A stretch of 49,905 nucleotides of DNA from Neolecta irregularis DAH-3. Lineage: Eukaryota. Made by a program: the position numbers and the translations under genes. The stretch covers positions 1-49,905 of the forward strand of contig LXFE01004239.1 of assembly GCA_001929475.1 (NCBI GenBank). The letters are read 5' to 3'. Positions 48,738-49,905 of the stretch are shown piece by piece. The notes below the pieces were generated by a model that did not search any database, was not told where the DNA came from, and saw nothing but the letters and a program-made list of their open reading frames with translations. Each line of letters starts with the position of its first letter. Position 1 is the first letter of the stretch.

Positions 48738-49905
48738 TCACCAGCCTCCCGCTGCGGGCTGTGGCCACGAGTAGTTGGCATAGGACGTCCCGTACATGCG
48801 GTGCAGCGGCGCGCCAGCAGGGAGTCCCCATGTCGCAGGGTGATACGCGGGCGGAGCAGACGTCTGTTCCGGGGCTGTCGCTAGGCGCTGTCCAATGGCC
48901 CCAGGGGGTCCTATGGACTGGTTTAGGTTTGACGTGATCCCTGGATTGACTGCGCACATCCAGATTCGGATCTTGAACACTTTGTACAGGTCGCGGACCA
49001 GCTCTCGAAAATCGATTCTTTGCGATGCGTAGTAGAAGAATGTCAATTTTCGGCGATCCCTGGGTGTGAGTATATTGGCGGGTATCAACAAACCATTGGT
49101 ATTCGGCATCCAAGACTTCCATTGGCATCAGCCGTTGCAGGACCTTTCCCTGGCAGACGCTCATGGCATGGTTCTCGTCCTGGCTTTTGGAGATGAGCAT
49201 GTTTACCTCGTTAGGCTGGGCCATTCTGTGGATGACTTTAGGGTTGACGAGCGGGTCCGAAGGCGCTGCCGTGAATTCTTGATTCATGGCAGCCAATTGA
49301 TCGCGTTGCTGCTGAGCTTTCAGGGCCCTTACTTGGACCATTGTGACGTTGTCACGGACTATTTTTCCGAGATCGCGGCCCCGATCTGCTTCGACGATGA
49401 CGAGATCGCCGGTGCGGAGAACAAGCTGTGATTCTTCGGGGACAAAGAAGACGTCTGTGCGACAGGCCTTGAACTCTACGATGTGGAGCGACTTGTAGGC
49501 CGCGCCGGGAGCAGTCGGGGTAGTTCTGCCGGGGACTGAGCCTGGGGGGCACAATGCGACGATTTCGCGGGCACGGGTGCGGTGGTCGTCTGACGAAAAG
49601 TAGCGATCGACCTGGGCGGCGGCGATTTTCAGGTCTGAGCGGACATGGTCTGCGGGGTCTGCGGTGCTGGGGGAGGCCGGCTGGGAGGCGGGGGAGGGGC
49701 CTCTGTAGGGGACTTTGTGTTTGATTTCGGGGGTGTGTGAGGGGGTGAAGGCGACGGAGTGGCGGCGCGGGGCGGGGTCGAGGCTGAGGCTGATGGACCG
49801 CTCTGTGAGGGGCGAGGCGGAGGATCTGCGGGGCGCGTAGGGGAAGCGGAAGGCGCGCGAGACGGAGAGCGGGGCTGCTGCGGCTGCGGCGGCGGCGGGG
49901 TCGTC
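48738..49905 (-). CDS. PSP1 C-terminal domain protein (5' end lies outside the window)
   Basis: LHIVEFKACRTDVF, GDLVIVEADRGRDLG and DAEYQW|DRRKLTFFYY...IDFRELVRDLYKVFKIRIWM. Confidence 0.88.

Noticed and set aside
1-49905. tRNA, rRNA, snRNA or intronic snoRNA genes, or a biosynthetic gene cluster
   Set aside because: No recognisable motifs were seen by eye, the introns are too short to host snoRNAs, and there is no PKS, NRPS or terpene synthase. An Infernal/tRNAscan run would be needed to exclude small RNAs.

Overview
This is gene-dense fungal (ascomycete) genomic DNA. The very short spliceosomal introns (32-48 nt wherever I could delimit them) and the gene content suggest an early-diverging Taphrinomycotina-type fungus, possibly Neolecta-like (inference only). 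I can support about 25 mostly multi-exon genes. The conserved set is MGST3-like, LSM8, MOB2, LEO1, SSD1, a tyrosine phosphatase, a D-arabinitol dehydrogenase-like MDR, VCX1, ethanolamine kinase, an acyl-CoA carboxyltransferase, SRA1/Sec31-C-like, DUF1774, RPL15, UBL-WLM, a fatty acid hydroxylase, PRE8, a GTPase-like/RasGEF fusion, a cyclophilin-E-type RRM, an SNF2 ATPase, ATP5 and a PSP1-domain protein. There are also lineage-specific secreted or GPI proteins, an intronless SnoaL/NTF2-like gene, a secreted HEXXH metalloprotease and several transposon relics. The most striking observations are: (1) VCX1 needs two consecutive 3-nt micro-exons plus an 11-nt exon, with one GG-AG intron, to restore its conserved ATEE motif; (2) ultra-short introns with degenerate and frequent GC donors occur across the window; (3) a 291-bp solo LTR has a 5-bp TSD that contains the start codon of the metalloprotease; (4) the Ssd1 retains 3 of the 4 RNase II catalytic Asp; (5) a CFEM domain has lost one disulfide pair. 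The first 195 bp duplicate part of ATP5 from 48 kb downstream and abut an N gap, which is probably an assembly or haplotype artefact. All gene models were read by eye, and no searches were run.
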